This document shows positions 30,785-40,730 of a DNA stretch of 64,000 bases, one piece after another (the first letter of the stretch is position 1; every line of letters starts with the position of its first letter). Location of the stretch: contig CBEUCJ010000005.1 in assembly GCA_965541615.1 (NCBI GenBank), positions 46,251-110,250 of the forward strand, in the 5' to 3' direction. A model generated the notes under the pieces. The model saw only the letters and a program-made list of their open reading frames with translations, was not told the origin of the DNA and searched no databases. Made by a program: the position numbers and the translations under genes. This DNA comes from an uncultured bacterium. Lineage in GTDB: Bacteria; Omnitrophota; Gorgyraeia; Duberdicusellales; CBEUCJ01.

Positions 30785-32661
30785 CTTATTGAATCTAAAA
30801 TTGCTTCTTTTAAGTGTTCATTGAATCTTTTATTAAAAGTATTCTGATTGAAAATCTCTTCTATATTATCTAAATTTATCTTTAAAATAAAATTTTCTTT
30901 TAAAAGTGATTCTAAAAACTCAGAATGTTTTGAATGCTTCTTGGAAGGCAAATCTAATACATAAACTTCTTTTTTTAAACTCAAAGCTTCAGATACCATA
31001 GATATAGAATCTGAAGTTACGATCACTTTTTTAGATAGCCCTAAAAATCCTTCAGTTATAAAAGGATAATTTCTCTTATTAGCTAAAACTAAGACTTCAA
31101 ATTCATCTTTAAATTCTTTTTCTAAAACTTCTTCAATTTCAAAAGGAGTCCTTCTGGAAGTAGTTAACAGTAATTTTATTTTTCTTTTTTCACATAATCT
31201 TATAAGTTTTTTTAAAAAAGAGATTACAAACTCTTTATCAAAATAAAAATTTTTGGATCTGCCTCCCAAAAACACACATATTTTCTCTCCTTCTCTAATA
31301 TTAAACTCTCTTTTAAGCTTTTCTACACTTTCTGAAATACTATTTTTATCAAAGAAACTTAAAGCTCCCCAAAAATTGATCACATTTTTTCTACTCACTT
31401 TATCATGATAAGGCAAAAATATTTTATAAAACCAATTAAAAGGAAATCCTGACGGTTTTAAGATAGAAATATTCTTCGCATTATTCTCTAAACTTACAAT
31501 GAGATTTGCTGCCTGAGTTTGAGCTCCACAACTTATAACAAAGTCTGGTGAAAAATCGAATAACTCTTTGAAACTACTGTCTTCTAAACAAAACTTTAAG
31601 AAATAAATAAGTAAAGAAGGAGCTATTTTATAAAATATTAGTACTAAAAAATCTAAAAGAATTCTTCTAAATTTAGATTTAAATTTTATATTTACAAATT
31701 TTGGTACTATCTCAAACTCAGACTCTTTTACTATATTCAAAAAACTTTCTAATTGCTTTTTGTGTCCTGGTTTTGAATCTGTAATAAACAAAAGGTATCT
31801 ATCTGAAGTAAATTTAAATCTTTTAAAATACCAGTTGTATTCATAAGGATAAATTTTTATGTATTCTTCTAAAGTTTTATTTACTTTTTCTAAGTCTTTG
31901 ATTACATCTCCTGTTAAGGAAATCTCTTTATAAATCTCTATTAAATGAAAATTCTGCTTTTCTCTCCTTGTAAATGCCAAAATAAGAGGAAGGTTATATT
32001 TTTGACAGATCTTAACTCCTCCTATGGGACTAGCTACCTTTCTTTTAAAAAATTCTATTTTGGGGCTTCTATCACTTACTCCGTGATCAGCTACAAAGCC
32101 TAAGAATTTTTTCTCTCTTATACACTCTTTAATCCTTTTTAAAAAATTCATAGATTCTTCTATAATCTCTAAACCGAACTTTCTTCTTTGTGAATTTAGA
32201 AACTCATCCCAGAATTTAGGCTTTTGAGGTCTTACGAATATCACATATTTAAAATCTTGAGCAATCTTAGAGTTTGCCAACTCCCAATTTCCAAAATGTA
32301 TACCCATAATAACTATTGAAGTATCTTGGTACTTTTTTAAAAGTTCAAGGTTCTTATATCTTAAATATTTTTTTAAATAGGTTTTATCTATCTTTGGGAG
32401 TTTTAAGATTTCAAAGATATTCATACCAAAATTCATACAACTTTTTCTTAATATCTTTCTGATCTCAAAAGGAGATTTCTCTGGTGCAAAAGCTATCCTC
32501 AAATTCCTTAGAGCTTTGAACTTTTTATTTGAATGGTAAAAAAATAGACCACCTATTTTTCCCAAAAATAACAGAATTTTAATAGGTAAATCTGAGATCA
32601 GTTTTATAAATAGATTAAATATTAATCTTTGAAAGTAAGGATTTGAAAAATCTTTCTTCAT
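30781..32661 (-). CDS. Fused lipid A acyltransferase (LpxL/HtrB-like) + ELM1/GtrOC1-family domain
   Basis: N-half HFGNWE, ADH, YNWYFKRFK; C-half TDSKPGHKKQ, ISCG, PYHD, LGG, TTSRRTP, VTSDSISMVSEA. Confidence 0.85.
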   Translation of the reverse strand: MKKDFSNPYFQRLIFNLFIKLISDLPIKILLFLGKIGGLFFYHSNKKFKALRNLRIAFAPEKSPFEIRKILRKSCMNFGMNIFEILKLPKIDKTYLKKYLRYKNLELLKKYQDTSIVIMGIHFGNWELANSKIAQDFKYVIFVRPQKPKFWDEFLNSQRRKFGLEIIEESMNFLKRIKECIREKKFLGFVADHGVSDRSPKIEFFKRKVASPIGGVKICQKYNLPLILAFTRREKQNFHLIEIYKEISLTGDVIKDLEKVNKTLEEYIKIYPYEYNWYFKRFKFTSDRYLLFITDSKPGHKKQLESFLNIVKESEFEIVPKFVNIKFKSKFRRILLDFLVLIFYKIAPSLLIYFLKFCLEDSSFKELFDFSPDFVISCGAQTQAANLIVSLENNAKNISILKPSGFPFNWFYKIFLPYHDKVSRKNVINFWGALSFFDKNSISESVEKLKREFNIREGEKICVFLGGRSKNFYFDKEFVISFLKKLIRLCEKRKIKLLLTTSRRTPFEIEEVLEKEFKDEFEVLVLANKRNYPFITEGFLGLSKKVIVTSDSISMVSEALSLKKEVYVLDLPSKKHSKHSEFLESLLKENFILKINLDNIEEIFNQNTFNKRFNEHLKEAILDSIR

Positions 32662-33610
32662 CTTTTATCTCAAACTCAGCTAATGCTATTAAAATTTTAA
32701 AAGGCAATTTAAATCCTTTCAATCTTACAAGATCTTTTTTTGTTGTGATCCAGAATTCTATATTAAATTTTTCAGAGATTTTTTTTAAAAAATAGATATC
32801 TTTAAAAGTAAATCTATGGTGATCTAGAAAAGGGAATTTAAACAGAATCTTCAAATCTTCTTCTAAGATTCTAAAAAATCCAGAAGGATTTCCTATGCTA
32901 CAAAAAGCACCTAACCTTTTATCCTTTAAACAATTTTTATTTAAAATTTGATTCGTATCTAAATCTAAGAATCTTTCTATTTTATAGTAGGAAAAAAATA
33001 TTTCTTTTTTAAAAAAACTTATCTTTTTTAAAAAATCTTTATCTAAAAATTGAGCATAGCTGAGTAATAAGATATCTGCTTTCTTCAAGAAAAAAACAGG
33101 TTCTCTTAATATACCTGCAGGTAAAAGCATCTGATTCCCAAACTTTTTTACGCAATCCAAAATTAAAATCTCTAAATCTCTATATAATTTTAAGTGACTA
33201 AAACCATCATCTATTATAAGAATATCATTTTCTAATTCATACTTTTTTGCCATCATATATTTTTTCCCTATATAAACATTTACTCCTTTTAGTTCTTCTT
33301 TAAGAAGCTCATATTCATCAAAAGCATAATGAGATAAAATTATCCCTACTTTTTTATTTTTAAGAGTGAAAAATCTTGCTATCTTTTTTGCCAACTCAGT
33401 CTTACCTGTACCTGCCCAAGTCAAATTCCCTATACTTATTACCTTACATTTAACCTTTATCTTTTTAAATATCTTTTTTTCATAAAGAAATCTCCTCAAA
33501 ACTACAAGAAGAAAGTAAAAAAAAGAAAGTATCAATAATGGTACTTTTAAAATAAAATTTTTAATGTTAAACTGTGCCTCTATTAAATTTTTAATTCTTC
33601 TTTTAAACAT
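32615..33610 (-). CDS. lpxK: Tetraacyldisaccharide 4'-kinase
   Basis: GNLTWAGTGKT, DDGFSH, LPAGILRE, IGNPSGF, FLDHH, TTKKD. Confidence 0.9.
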   Translation of the reverse strand: MFKRRIKNLIEAQFNIKNFILKVPLLILSFFYFLLVVLRRFLYEKKIFKKIKVKCKVISIGNLTWAGTGKTELAKKIARFFTLKNKKVGIILSHYAFDEYELLKEELKGVNVYIGKKYMMAKKYELENDILIIDDGFSHLKLYRDLEILILDCVKKFGNQMLLPAGILREPVFFLKKADILLLSYAQFLDKDFLKKISFFKKEIFFSYYKIERFLDLDTNQILNKNCLKDKRLGAFCSIGNPSGFFRILEEDLKILFKFPFLDHHRFTFKDIYFLKKISEKFNIEFWITTKKDLVRLKGFKLPFKILIALAEFEIKDEERFFKSLLSKINI

Positions 33611-34872
33611 TCTTTAATTTTTTTAAGATAAATTAAAGAAAGGTCTTTGTTCTTTTCTAGAATCTTTTTTGCTTTTTTAGAAATATTTAAATAAAAATCT
33701 TTGTCTTTTAAAAGTTTTTTTATGCTTAAAAATAATTCTTCTTTATCTTTTACTATTATTATGGCTTCCTCTTTTTTAAAATCTGAGATTATCTCTTTAA
33801 AGTTATCATAAAAAGGACCTATAATTACAGGTCTCTCAAAATAAGCGCATTCTAACACATTATGTCCTCCAAATCTTATTAAACTTCCTCCCACAAAACT
33901 TACATAGCAGAGTTTATAAAGAGCTCTTAAAATACCTATCAAATCTGCGATGATTATATTGGAATCTGAAACTATAAACTCTGAATCTTTACTTAAAAAA
34001 GTATAAGAAAATCCCTCTTTTTTGATTAATTCTTTTATCTCATTTTTCCTTTCTGGATGACGTGGGCAAATAAGAAGCACCAAGTCTTTAAACTCTTTTA
34101 TTAATCTTTTAAATACTTCTAACAGAATATTTTCTTCTCCTGAATGAGTACTCGCTCCTAAGATGATTTTTTTATCTTTAAATTTTTCTTTTAAGAACTC
34201 ATAAAATCTGCTTTCTTTCTCATTGAGAGGGATTTGAGCAGACTCATACTTAAGATTTCCTAAAACTTCAACTCTGGAAGGCAGAGCTCCTAACTCTATT
34301 ATTCTTTTTTTATGAATCTCTGATTGCATTAAAAATAAACTTACTTTTTTTAATATTTTTTTAAAAAAGAATTTAAATCTCTTATAATTTTTAAATGCTC
34401 TATCTGAAATCCTACCATTTACCAAGATTACAGGTATATTTTTCTCGTAAAGTATAGAAAAGAGTTGAGGCCAAATCTCTGTCTCAAAAGCTATAAAGCA
34501 AACAGGTTTTATCAAATTAATATACTTTTCAATTAAAAAAGAAAAATCTAAAGGTAAAAAGAATACATCTTTAAATTCAGATTTAGCTATATTGTAACCT
34601 GTTTGAGTAATGCAACTCAAAACAAATTTTTCAGAACCAAATTCTGAGATTATTCTTTTTATCAGAGGTCTCAAAGTTAAAACCTCTCCTACACTTGCAG
34701 CATGTATCCATAAAGGATTTTTCTTTTTAGCTAAAAACTCTCTTTCTTGTTTACTTAAAAAGCCTAATCTTTTTATGAGATTTATCTTAAATCCTTTTTT
34801 TCTTTTTATATAAAAAGGTATAAAGATAAGAAGGAGAGTAAAAAATAATATATCTTGAATGACTCTCTTCAC
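33583..34872 (-). CDS. waaA: Kdo transferase
   Basis: WIHAASVGE, ETEIWP, STHSGEE, PRHPER, GGHNVLE; GTG start overlaps the xerC stop (ORF track 34881). Confidence 0.94.
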   Translation of the reverse strand: MKRVIQDILFFTLLLIFIPFYIKRKKGFKINLIKRLGFLSKQEREFLAKKKNPLWIHAASVGEVLTLRPLIKRIISEFGSEKFVLSCITQTGYNIAKSEFKDVFFLPLDFSFLIEKYINLIKPVCFIAFETEIWPQLFSILYEKNIPVILVNGRISDRAFKNYKRFKFFFKKILKKVSLFLMQSEIHKKRIIELGALPSRVEVLGNLKYESAQIPLNEKESRFYEFLKEKFKDKKIILGASTHSGEENILLEVFKRLIKEFKDLVLLICPRHPERKNEIKELIKKEGFSYTFLSKDSEFIVSDSNIIIADLIGILRALYKLCYVSFVGGSLIRFGGHNVLECAYFERPVIIGPFYDNFKEIISDFKKEEAIIIVKDKEELFLSIKKLLKDKDFYLNISKKAKKILEKNKDLSLIYLKKIKECLKEELKI

Positions 34873-35738
34873 CTGGGACAAAATTCTTTGTAGAGTTCTT
34901 TTAACCTCTGTGTAGAAATATGTGTGTAAATTTGAGTCGTAGTAATATTTTTATGGCCTAATAACTCCTGTACACTCCTTAAATCTGCTCCTCTATTTAA
35001 AAGATGGGTAGCAAAAGAATGTCTAAAAGTATGTGGGGAGATATTTTCAGCCAAAGCTATTTTTTTTATATATTTTTTTATTATCTTTCTCAAAAATCTA
35101 TCTGAAAGTCTTTTACCTCTCCTATTCAAAAAAACGGCTCTCTTTATCTCAAAAGGACAACTGTTTAAATACTCTTTAATAGCATTCAAAGCATAACTCC
35201 CTATAGGTAAAAGCCTTTCTTTCCTTCCTTTTCCTCTCACCTTAATCACCCCTGATATAAAATCTATATCTTCTAAATTTAAATCTATTAATTCTTGAGC
35301 TCGCATACCTGTGCTGTAGAGGGTCTCTAAAATAGCTTTATCTCTTTTTACCTGCCAACTATCTCCTTTTATAGAGTCTAATAACTTTTGCATTTCAAAC
35401 TCAGTTAAAAAAGAAGGTAACTTTTTTTCTAACTTAGGTAAACTTAAAGAAGCAGCTATATTAGAATCTAAGTATCCTTCTCTGCATAAGAATCTAAAAA
35501 AACTCCTTAAAGAAGATATCTTTCTTGCAATCGTTTTTTTAGACAATCCTCTTTTACTAAGCTCCATAACAAATCTTCTTAAAGTCAAAAAATCTACTTC
35601 TAAAGGAGAAATGCCTTTTATAAACTCTCCAAACTCTGAGAGGTCTTTATTATAATTTCTTAAAGTATTATGAGAGTAATTTTTTTCTATTTTCAGATAA
35701 TTCAAAAACCTCTCTAAGAATCTATTAAAATGCTTCAT
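34869..35738 (-). CDS. xerC: Tyrosine recombinase XerC-like
   Basis: TGMR, GKGRKER, HTFRHSFATH, LLGH, TQIYTH; dprA-topA-xerC context. Confidence 0.88.
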   Translation of the reverse strand: MKHFNRFLERFLNYLKIEKNYSHNTLRNYNKDLSEFGEFIKGISPLEVDFLTLRRFVMELSKRGLSKKTIARKISSLRSFFRFLCREGYLDSNIAASLSLPKLEKKLPSFLTEFEMQKLLDSIKGDSWQVKRDKAILETLYSTGMRAQELIDLNLEDIDFISGVIKVRGKGRKERLLPIGSYALNAIKEYLNSCPFEIKRAVFLNRRGKRLSDRFLRKIIKKYIKKIALAENISPHTFRHSFATHLLNRGADLRSVQELLGHKNITTTQIYTHISTQRLKELYKEFCPR

Positions 35739-37563
35739 TTTTTATATTTTCTGAATATTTACAATCTGGAAATCTTGAGCAACTCAAAAACTTACCAAAT
35801 CTTCCCCACCTTTCAACAAGAGTAGCTCCGCATTTAGGACATTTTTTATTTATAACTTTTACTTCCTTTTTGATTAATTGATAAGCCTTATCTAATTGAG
35901 GTTTAAAATTTTTATAAAATTCTTCTAACAGTCTTTTCCACTCCAAAACTCCTGTCTCTATTCTATCTAACTTTGATTCCATAATAGCTGTAAATTTTTC
36001 ATTCATTAAATCTGGAAAATGTTCTTTTAAAATATCTGTCACTAAAATCCCTAATTCTGTGGGAAATAAAACTCCTCTCTTTCTTTTTACATAATTTCTC
36101 TGAATTAAAGTAGAGATTATTACTGCGTATGTAGAAGGTCTTCCTATTCCCTTCTCTTCTAAAATCTTCACTAAACTTGCATCTGTGAACCTGGGAGGAG
36201 GTTGAGTAAAATGCTGCAAAGGGATTATTTTGAGAGGAGTAAGAATCTGAGATTCTTTAAAAGCAGGTGGGTCTTCTTCTTTTATTTCTTGAGGCCAAAA
36301 TTCTAAGAAGCCTTTAAACTTTATTTTTTGAAAAGTAGCTTTAAATTCATAGTCACCAGCGGTTATTAAAATTTGGGTACTCTCTATTTTAGACTTTGCT
36401 GTTTGAGAAGCTAAGAATCTTTGCCAGATTAACTTATACAATTTATATTCATCTTCCTGTAGATACTCTTTTATACTTTCAGGAGTTTTAAATACATCTG
36501 TAGGTCTTATAGCTTCATGTGCTAACTGGGCAAATCTTTTTTCTTTATGTGTAATCTTTTCTTTTTGTAAGTAGTCTGGACCTAAATTTTTTAAAATAAA
36601 ATCCTCTGCTTCGGATTTAGCTTTCTGGCTTACTTGCAAGGAATCAGTCCTCATATAAGTTATTAAACCAGTAGGGGTATCTTTTATAACTATTCCTTCA
36701 TAAAGTCTTTGAGCTATTAACATGGTTTTTTTGGAAGTAAAGCCCAATTTATTAAAAGCTTCTTGCTGTAAAGAGGAAGTATTAAAAGGAGCTGGTGGCT
36801 TTTTTTCTCTAAGTGTCTTTTTTATACTCTTTACAACAAATTTTTTTTCTTCTAAATCTTTTAATATTTTAGAGAGTTCTTCTTTATTTTTTATCTCGAT
36901 CTTTTTTCCTTTGAATTTAGTGAGCTTAAATTTGTAAACTTTATTTCCATATCCAAATTCAGCTTCTACCTCCCAATATTCAGAAGGCTTAAAATTCTGA
37001 ATCTCTCTTTCTCTATCTACGATAAATTTTAAAGCTACAGATTGCACTCTTCCTGCACTTAAACCTCTTTTAACTTTTCTCCACAGAAGAGGACTTAAAA
37101 AATATCCTACGATTCTGTCTAAAATTCTCCTTGCTATTTGGGCATTAACTAAATTTAAATTTATCTCTCTTGGATTTAAAAAAGCAGATTTCACTGCAGA
37201 TTCTGTTATCTCATGGAACTCTACCCTTAAAAATTTTCTCTTATCTTTTCTTTTCTTTAACTTCCTTTTTATATGAAAACCTATAGCTTCTCCTTCTCTA
37301 TCAGGATCTGTAGCTATGTAAATATTTTTCTTGTCGTAAGCTAATTTTTTTAATTCCTCTAATATCTTTTTCTTTTTGGGTATTACACAAAAATAGGGTT
37401 TAAAACCTTTACTAATGTAAATACCTACTCTATTTTCAGGCAAATCTATTAAATGCCCCATGCTAGATTTTACTAAAAAATCTTTACCTAAAATTTTAGA
37501 AAGAGTCCTTGCTTTTGTGGGAGACTCTACAATGACTAAGTTAGAAACCTTTCTTTCTTGCAT
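35725..37563 (-). CDS. topA: DNA topoisomerase I (type IA) with one C-terminal Zn ribbon
   Basis: IVESP, DPDREGE, SAGRVQ, ITYMRTD, GRPSTY, CPKC...CSRFPDC. Confidence 0.96.
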   Translation of the reverse strand: MQERKVSNLVIVESPTKARTLSKILGKDFLVKSSMGHLIDLPENRVGIYISKGFKPYFCVIPKKKKILEELKKLAYDKKNIYIATDPDREGEAIGFHIKRKLKKRKDKRKFLRVEFHEITESAVKSAFLNPREINLNLVNAQIARRILDRIVGYFLSPLLWRKVKRGLSAGRVQSVALKFIVDREREIQNFKPSEYWEVEAEFGYGNKVYKFKLTKFKGKKIEIKNKEELSKILKDLEEKKFVVKSIKKTLREKKPPAPFNTSSLQQEAFNKLGFTSKKTMLIAQRLYEGIVIKDTPTGLITYMRTDSLQVSQKAKSEAEDFILKNLGPDYLQKEKITHKEKRFAQLAHEAIRPTDVFKTPESIKEYLQEDEYKLYKLIWQRFLASQTAKSKIESTQILITAGDYEFKATFQKIKFKGFLEFWPQEIKEEDPPAFKESQILTPLKIIPLQHFTQPPPRFTDASLVKILEEKGIGRPSTYAVIISTLIQRNYVKRKRGVLFPTELGILVTDILKEHFPDLMNEKFTAIMESKLDRIETGVLEWKRLLEEFYKNFKPQLDKAYQLIKKEVKVINKKCPKCGATLVERWGRFGKFLSCSRFPDCKYSENIKNEAF

Positions 37564-38623
37564 ACTTTCCACCTGGTAAGAATTCTATTAGATCTTTTAA
37601 TTTTAATTCTAATAGAGTAGTATTTAAAACTTTGGGTTCTAATCGAGTAGAACTTAATATTTCATCAAAGTATAAAGGGGATTCTAAAACTTTTAATATA
37701 CGTTCTTCATTTTCTGTCAATTCTATTTTTTCTTTATTTTCTTTAACTACTTTTCTTTTAAAATCTAAAGGTAGCTCTTCAAGGATATCAAAAGGACTTG
37801 TGACTAACTTTGCTCCTTCTTTTATTAAGTTTAAAACACCCTGTGATTGGGTGTTAGTTATCTGATTAGGTAAAGCAAAAACTTCTCTTCCTTGTTCTAA
37901 AGCAAAATCTGCAGTAATCAAAGCTCCTGATTTTCTGCCAGCTTCTATAACAAAGACTCCAAAACTTAAACCACTAATTATCCTATTCCTTTGAGGAAAA
38001 TTTTTTTTGAAAGGAGGTGTCTCTAAAGGGAATTCAGAAATTAAAGCTCCTTTTTCTACAATCTGTTGAGCTAAATTTCTATTTTCTGGAGGATAGATAT
38101 TATCTAAACCACTTCCCAAAACTGCATAAGTAGGGCTTTTTGCTTTTAAAGCACCTTTATGAGCATAAGTATCTATTCCTCTTGCTAATCCTGAGATGAT
38201 TACTACTCCCCTTAAAGCTAATTCATATGCAAAGTATTCAGATTGACTCAACCCATAAAAAGATGCTCTCCTTGTGCCTACAATAGCTAAGTTTAAAGAA
38301 CAAGGATCAAACTTACCTTTAATATAAAGCACAGGTGGAGGATCGTAAATCTCTCGTAATATTTGAGGATACTCCTCATCTAAAATAGTTATTATTTTTA
38401 TTTCTTTTTTATAAGCTAAGTCTAACTCTTTTTTAAATTTATCTCTTATCTTTTTATTTTTTATTTTATCTATAACTTTTTCCTTAAGATTTAATTCTTT
38501 TAGTTTTTGTGTATTCCGTAAGATCTCTGACTTATCTTCAAAAGCTTGCCATATTTGATTTATTTTTTTAGGAGAGATTTCTTGCAAAAAATTTAAAAAT
38601 ATTAGGATTTGTCTTTCTTGCAT
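37541..38623 (-). CDS. dprA: DNA-processing protein DprA
   Basis: AIVGTR, SGLARGID, FPQRNRIISGL, SGALITA. Confidence 0.95.
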   Translation of the reverse strand: MQERQILIFLNFLQEISPKKINQIWQAFEDKSEILRNTQKLKELNLKEKVIDKIKNKKIRDKFKKELDLAYKKEIKIITILDEEYPQILREIYDPPPVLYIKGKFDPCSLNLAIVGTRRASFYGLSQSEYFAYELALRGVVIISGLARGIDTYAHKGALKAKSPTYAVLGSGLDNIYPPENRNLAQQIVEKGALISEFPLETPPFKKNFPQRNRIISGLSFGVFVIEAGRKSGALITADFALEQGREVFALPNQITNTQSQGVLNLIKEGAKLVTSPFDILEELPLDFKRKVVKENKEKIELTENEERILKVLESPLYFDEILSSTRLEPKVLNTTLLELKLKDLIEFLPGGKYARKKGF

Positions 38624-39114
38624 ACTATTTTTATTATTTCTTCAGCTACCTCTTGGATACTTTTATGAGTAGTATCTACTTTTATCTTTACTTTTTGATA
38701 AAAAGGAGCTCTTTTTTCTAACAATTCTTTTATTCTTTTTTGAGGGTCAGGAACATTTAAAAGAGGTCTGTGGGTAAAGGATTTAGTACGGTTGTAAATC
38801 TCTGAAGGATCAGCTTCCAAAAGAATGAGTGTAGTATTATTCTGGAGAATTTCTAAATTCTCTTGATTGCATACAACTCCTCCACCACAGGCTACGACTA
38901 CATTTTCTTTTTTAACTAATTCTTTTACCAGTTCTTTTTCTAAATTTCTAAAATAGGGTTCTCCTTTTATTTTGAATATTTCAGGTATACTCATTTTTTC
39001 TCTCTCTTCTATTATCTTGTCCATGTCTATAAATTCTAAATTTAGTTTTTTAGCTAAAACTTTACCGACACTAGTCTTTCCTGTTCCCATAAAACCACAT
39101 AAAAAAATTTTCAT
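38602..39114 (-). CDS. aroK: Shikimate kinase
   Basis: GFMGTGKT, GEPYFR, CGGG, RPLL. Confidence 0.95.
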   Translation of the reverse strand: MKIFLCGFMGTGKTSVGKVLAKKLNLEFIDMDKIIEEREKMSIPEIFKIKGEPYFRNLEKELVKELVKKENVVVACGGGVVCNQENLEILQNNTTLILLEADPSEIYNRTKSFTHRPLLNVPDPQKRIKELLEKRAPFYQKVKIKVDTTHKSIQEVAEEIIKIVCKKDKS

Positions 39115-39150
39115 CTTTTAAATATTCTTAAAGAAAAGATGTGTAAATCC

Positions 39151-39519
39151 TTACCACAAAGAGTTTATTTCTCTTATTATCTTGTTGGCTACTTTTTGTG
39201 CAAATGGTAAATCTGGTTTTGAATCTTTAAATGCTCTTATATAAATGTAAATTAGTCCTTCTATTGGCTCTGCAAAGATAATCTCTATATCTCTATCTTC
39301 TAAAGTTGCTTTAATGAGCTTATCTTTTTTATCTGAAAAATAAATTTTTCCTTCTCTATTCAAAAGAAAAACTATATCGTTCCATACAGAAACAAAATCT
39401 GCTTCTACTTTAAAAAATAAAGTCTGAGGATCTAAAACCTGCGGAGGAGTCTTTCCTATCATAATAAAAGGAGCGCATCCTGTAATAACTAAAATAAGAA
39501 AAAAATAAATTTTTTTCAT
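39151..39519 (-). CDS. Hypothetical lipoprotein
   Basis: MKKIYFFLILVITG|C lipobox; overlaps the upstream gene by 4 nt. Confidence 0.7.
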   Translation of the reverse strand: MKKIYFFLILVITGCAPFIMIGKTPPQVLDPQTLFFKVEADFVSVWNDIVFLLNREGKIYFSDKKDKLIKATLEDRDIEIIFAEPIEGLIYIYIRAFKDSKPDLPFAQKVANKIIREINSLW

Positions 39520-39731
39520 AGCGTCCTTTCTTCTAATCTTCTTTCTAACTCTTCATATTCAGATTTTAGTCCTTCATATACTTGATTTAAAACCTCTAAT
39601 CTTTCTTCTAACTCTTTTATTTTTTTATCTTTTTCTTCGATTAACTTTTTTAAATTTGCATCTCTAAAACTTATTATTGCAAATATTAAAGTAAGGATGA
39701 AAGAAATTAACAAAAGAACTAAAACTACCAT
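39516..39731 (-). CDS. Small membrane-anchored coiled-coil protein
   Basis: One TM plus a heptad E/K/L helix; tightly packed in the operon. Confidence 0.65.
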   Translation of the reverse strand: MVVLVLLLISFILTLIFAIISFRDANLKKLIEEKDKKIKELEERLEVLNQVYEGLKSEYEELERRLEERTL

Positions 39732-39732
39732 C

Positions 39733-40206
39733 TTATCTATAAATTTTTTTCAATAACTTTGCAAATCTCTTAGCAAATCTTTTACAGTTTCTTCTAACTC
39801 TCTCATCAGGCGTACCTATTGAAACAGGACCGTAATGATCTCCTTGAGGGTCTCCTTGAACGATCATTCCATGAATTAACATAGCATTCAGAATACTTAA
39901 GATAGCTGTTTCATTTCCTCCACCAATGTTTGCAGAGGATGTAAAAGCTCCTCCTACTTTACCATCTAGATTCCCGTGAAGACTTACGCTTTCATCTAAT
40001 AATTTCTTAATTTGCCAAGCTGAATTTCCATAGTAAGTAGGAGTCCCAATTATTATTCCTTCATAGTCTAAAAGCTCACTGGGAGAAGTTTCTTCTACTT
40101 TCTTAATATTTACATCTACACCTTCTTCTTTTAAATATTCTTTGATCAAATCTGCCAACTTTTTAGTATTTCCTGTTTTAGAATAATAAATTATTAATAC
40201 CTTCAT
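39733..40206 (-). CDS. Flavodoxin / WrbA-like flavoprotein
   Basis: YSKTGNT, GTPTYYG, GKVGGAFTS, GGGNET, HGMIV. Confidence 0.88.
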   Translation of the reverse strand: MKVLIIYYSKTGNTKKLADLIKEYLKEEGVDVNIKKVEETSPSELLDYEGIIIGTPTYYGNSAWQIKKLLDESVSLHGNLDGKVGGAFTSSANIGGGNETAILSILNAMLIHGMIVQGDPQGDHYGPVSIGTPDERVRRNCKRFAKRFAKLLKKIYR

Positions 40207-40730
40207 AGTTCATCCTCCTTTATAACTAACTTAAATTTACTTAAATAAGAAAAAATTTTTAAATAAAAAAGTTTATAACCTAAATAAAAAATGATAGAAA
40301 AAGCTAAATTAGAAAAAAATGAGTTTTTAAAAAAGGGGAGAGCTCTTAGATAGCATTCATAAAGACCTTGTAAAGTATGAGGATACCATCCCTCCAACCA
40401 AACTCCAAAATTTGTTATTAAGAAAAAAAGTACTGAACCTGTGCAACTCAAAAGAGCTGTTTTTAAAGTATTCGGATTTTTGACTCTGGCTGAAATAAGA
40501 TAGATTAAAATATAACTTGACCAAGTAAATAAAATTAATCTATGTAAGCCTAATACAATATCTGAAATTATAACTGCTGTTAAAGGAAAAATAAGACCTC
40601 TTTTTTTATTAAAAATTATCCCACTCACTACACTTAAAGCTATTAAAGATGAAAAGTTAGGAATATGAGGTAAGAATCTTAAAATTATACTCAAAATACA
40701 GATGCATATTAAAAAAATTTCTTTCTTCAT
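40203..40730 (-). CDS. Integral membrane protein, DUF6580-like putative transporter (ECF S-component-like)
   Basis: RFLPHIPNFS, SVLFFLITNFGVW, YPHTLQGLYECY..ALPFF. Confidence 0.7.
   Translation of the reverse strand: MKKEIFLICICILSIILRFLPHIPNFSSLIALSVVSGIIFNKKRGLIFPLTAVIISDIVLGLHRLILFTWSSYILIYLISARVKNPNTLKTALLSCTGSVLFFLITNFGVWLEGWYPHTLQGLYECYLRALPFFKNSFFSNLAFSIIFYLGYKLFYLKIFSYLSKFKLVIKEDEL

Noticed and set aside
34869-35738. Tyrosine recombinase as the integrase of a mobile element
   Set aside because: XerC-like size and motifs in the housekeeping dprA-topA-xerC context; no att repeats or cargo genes.
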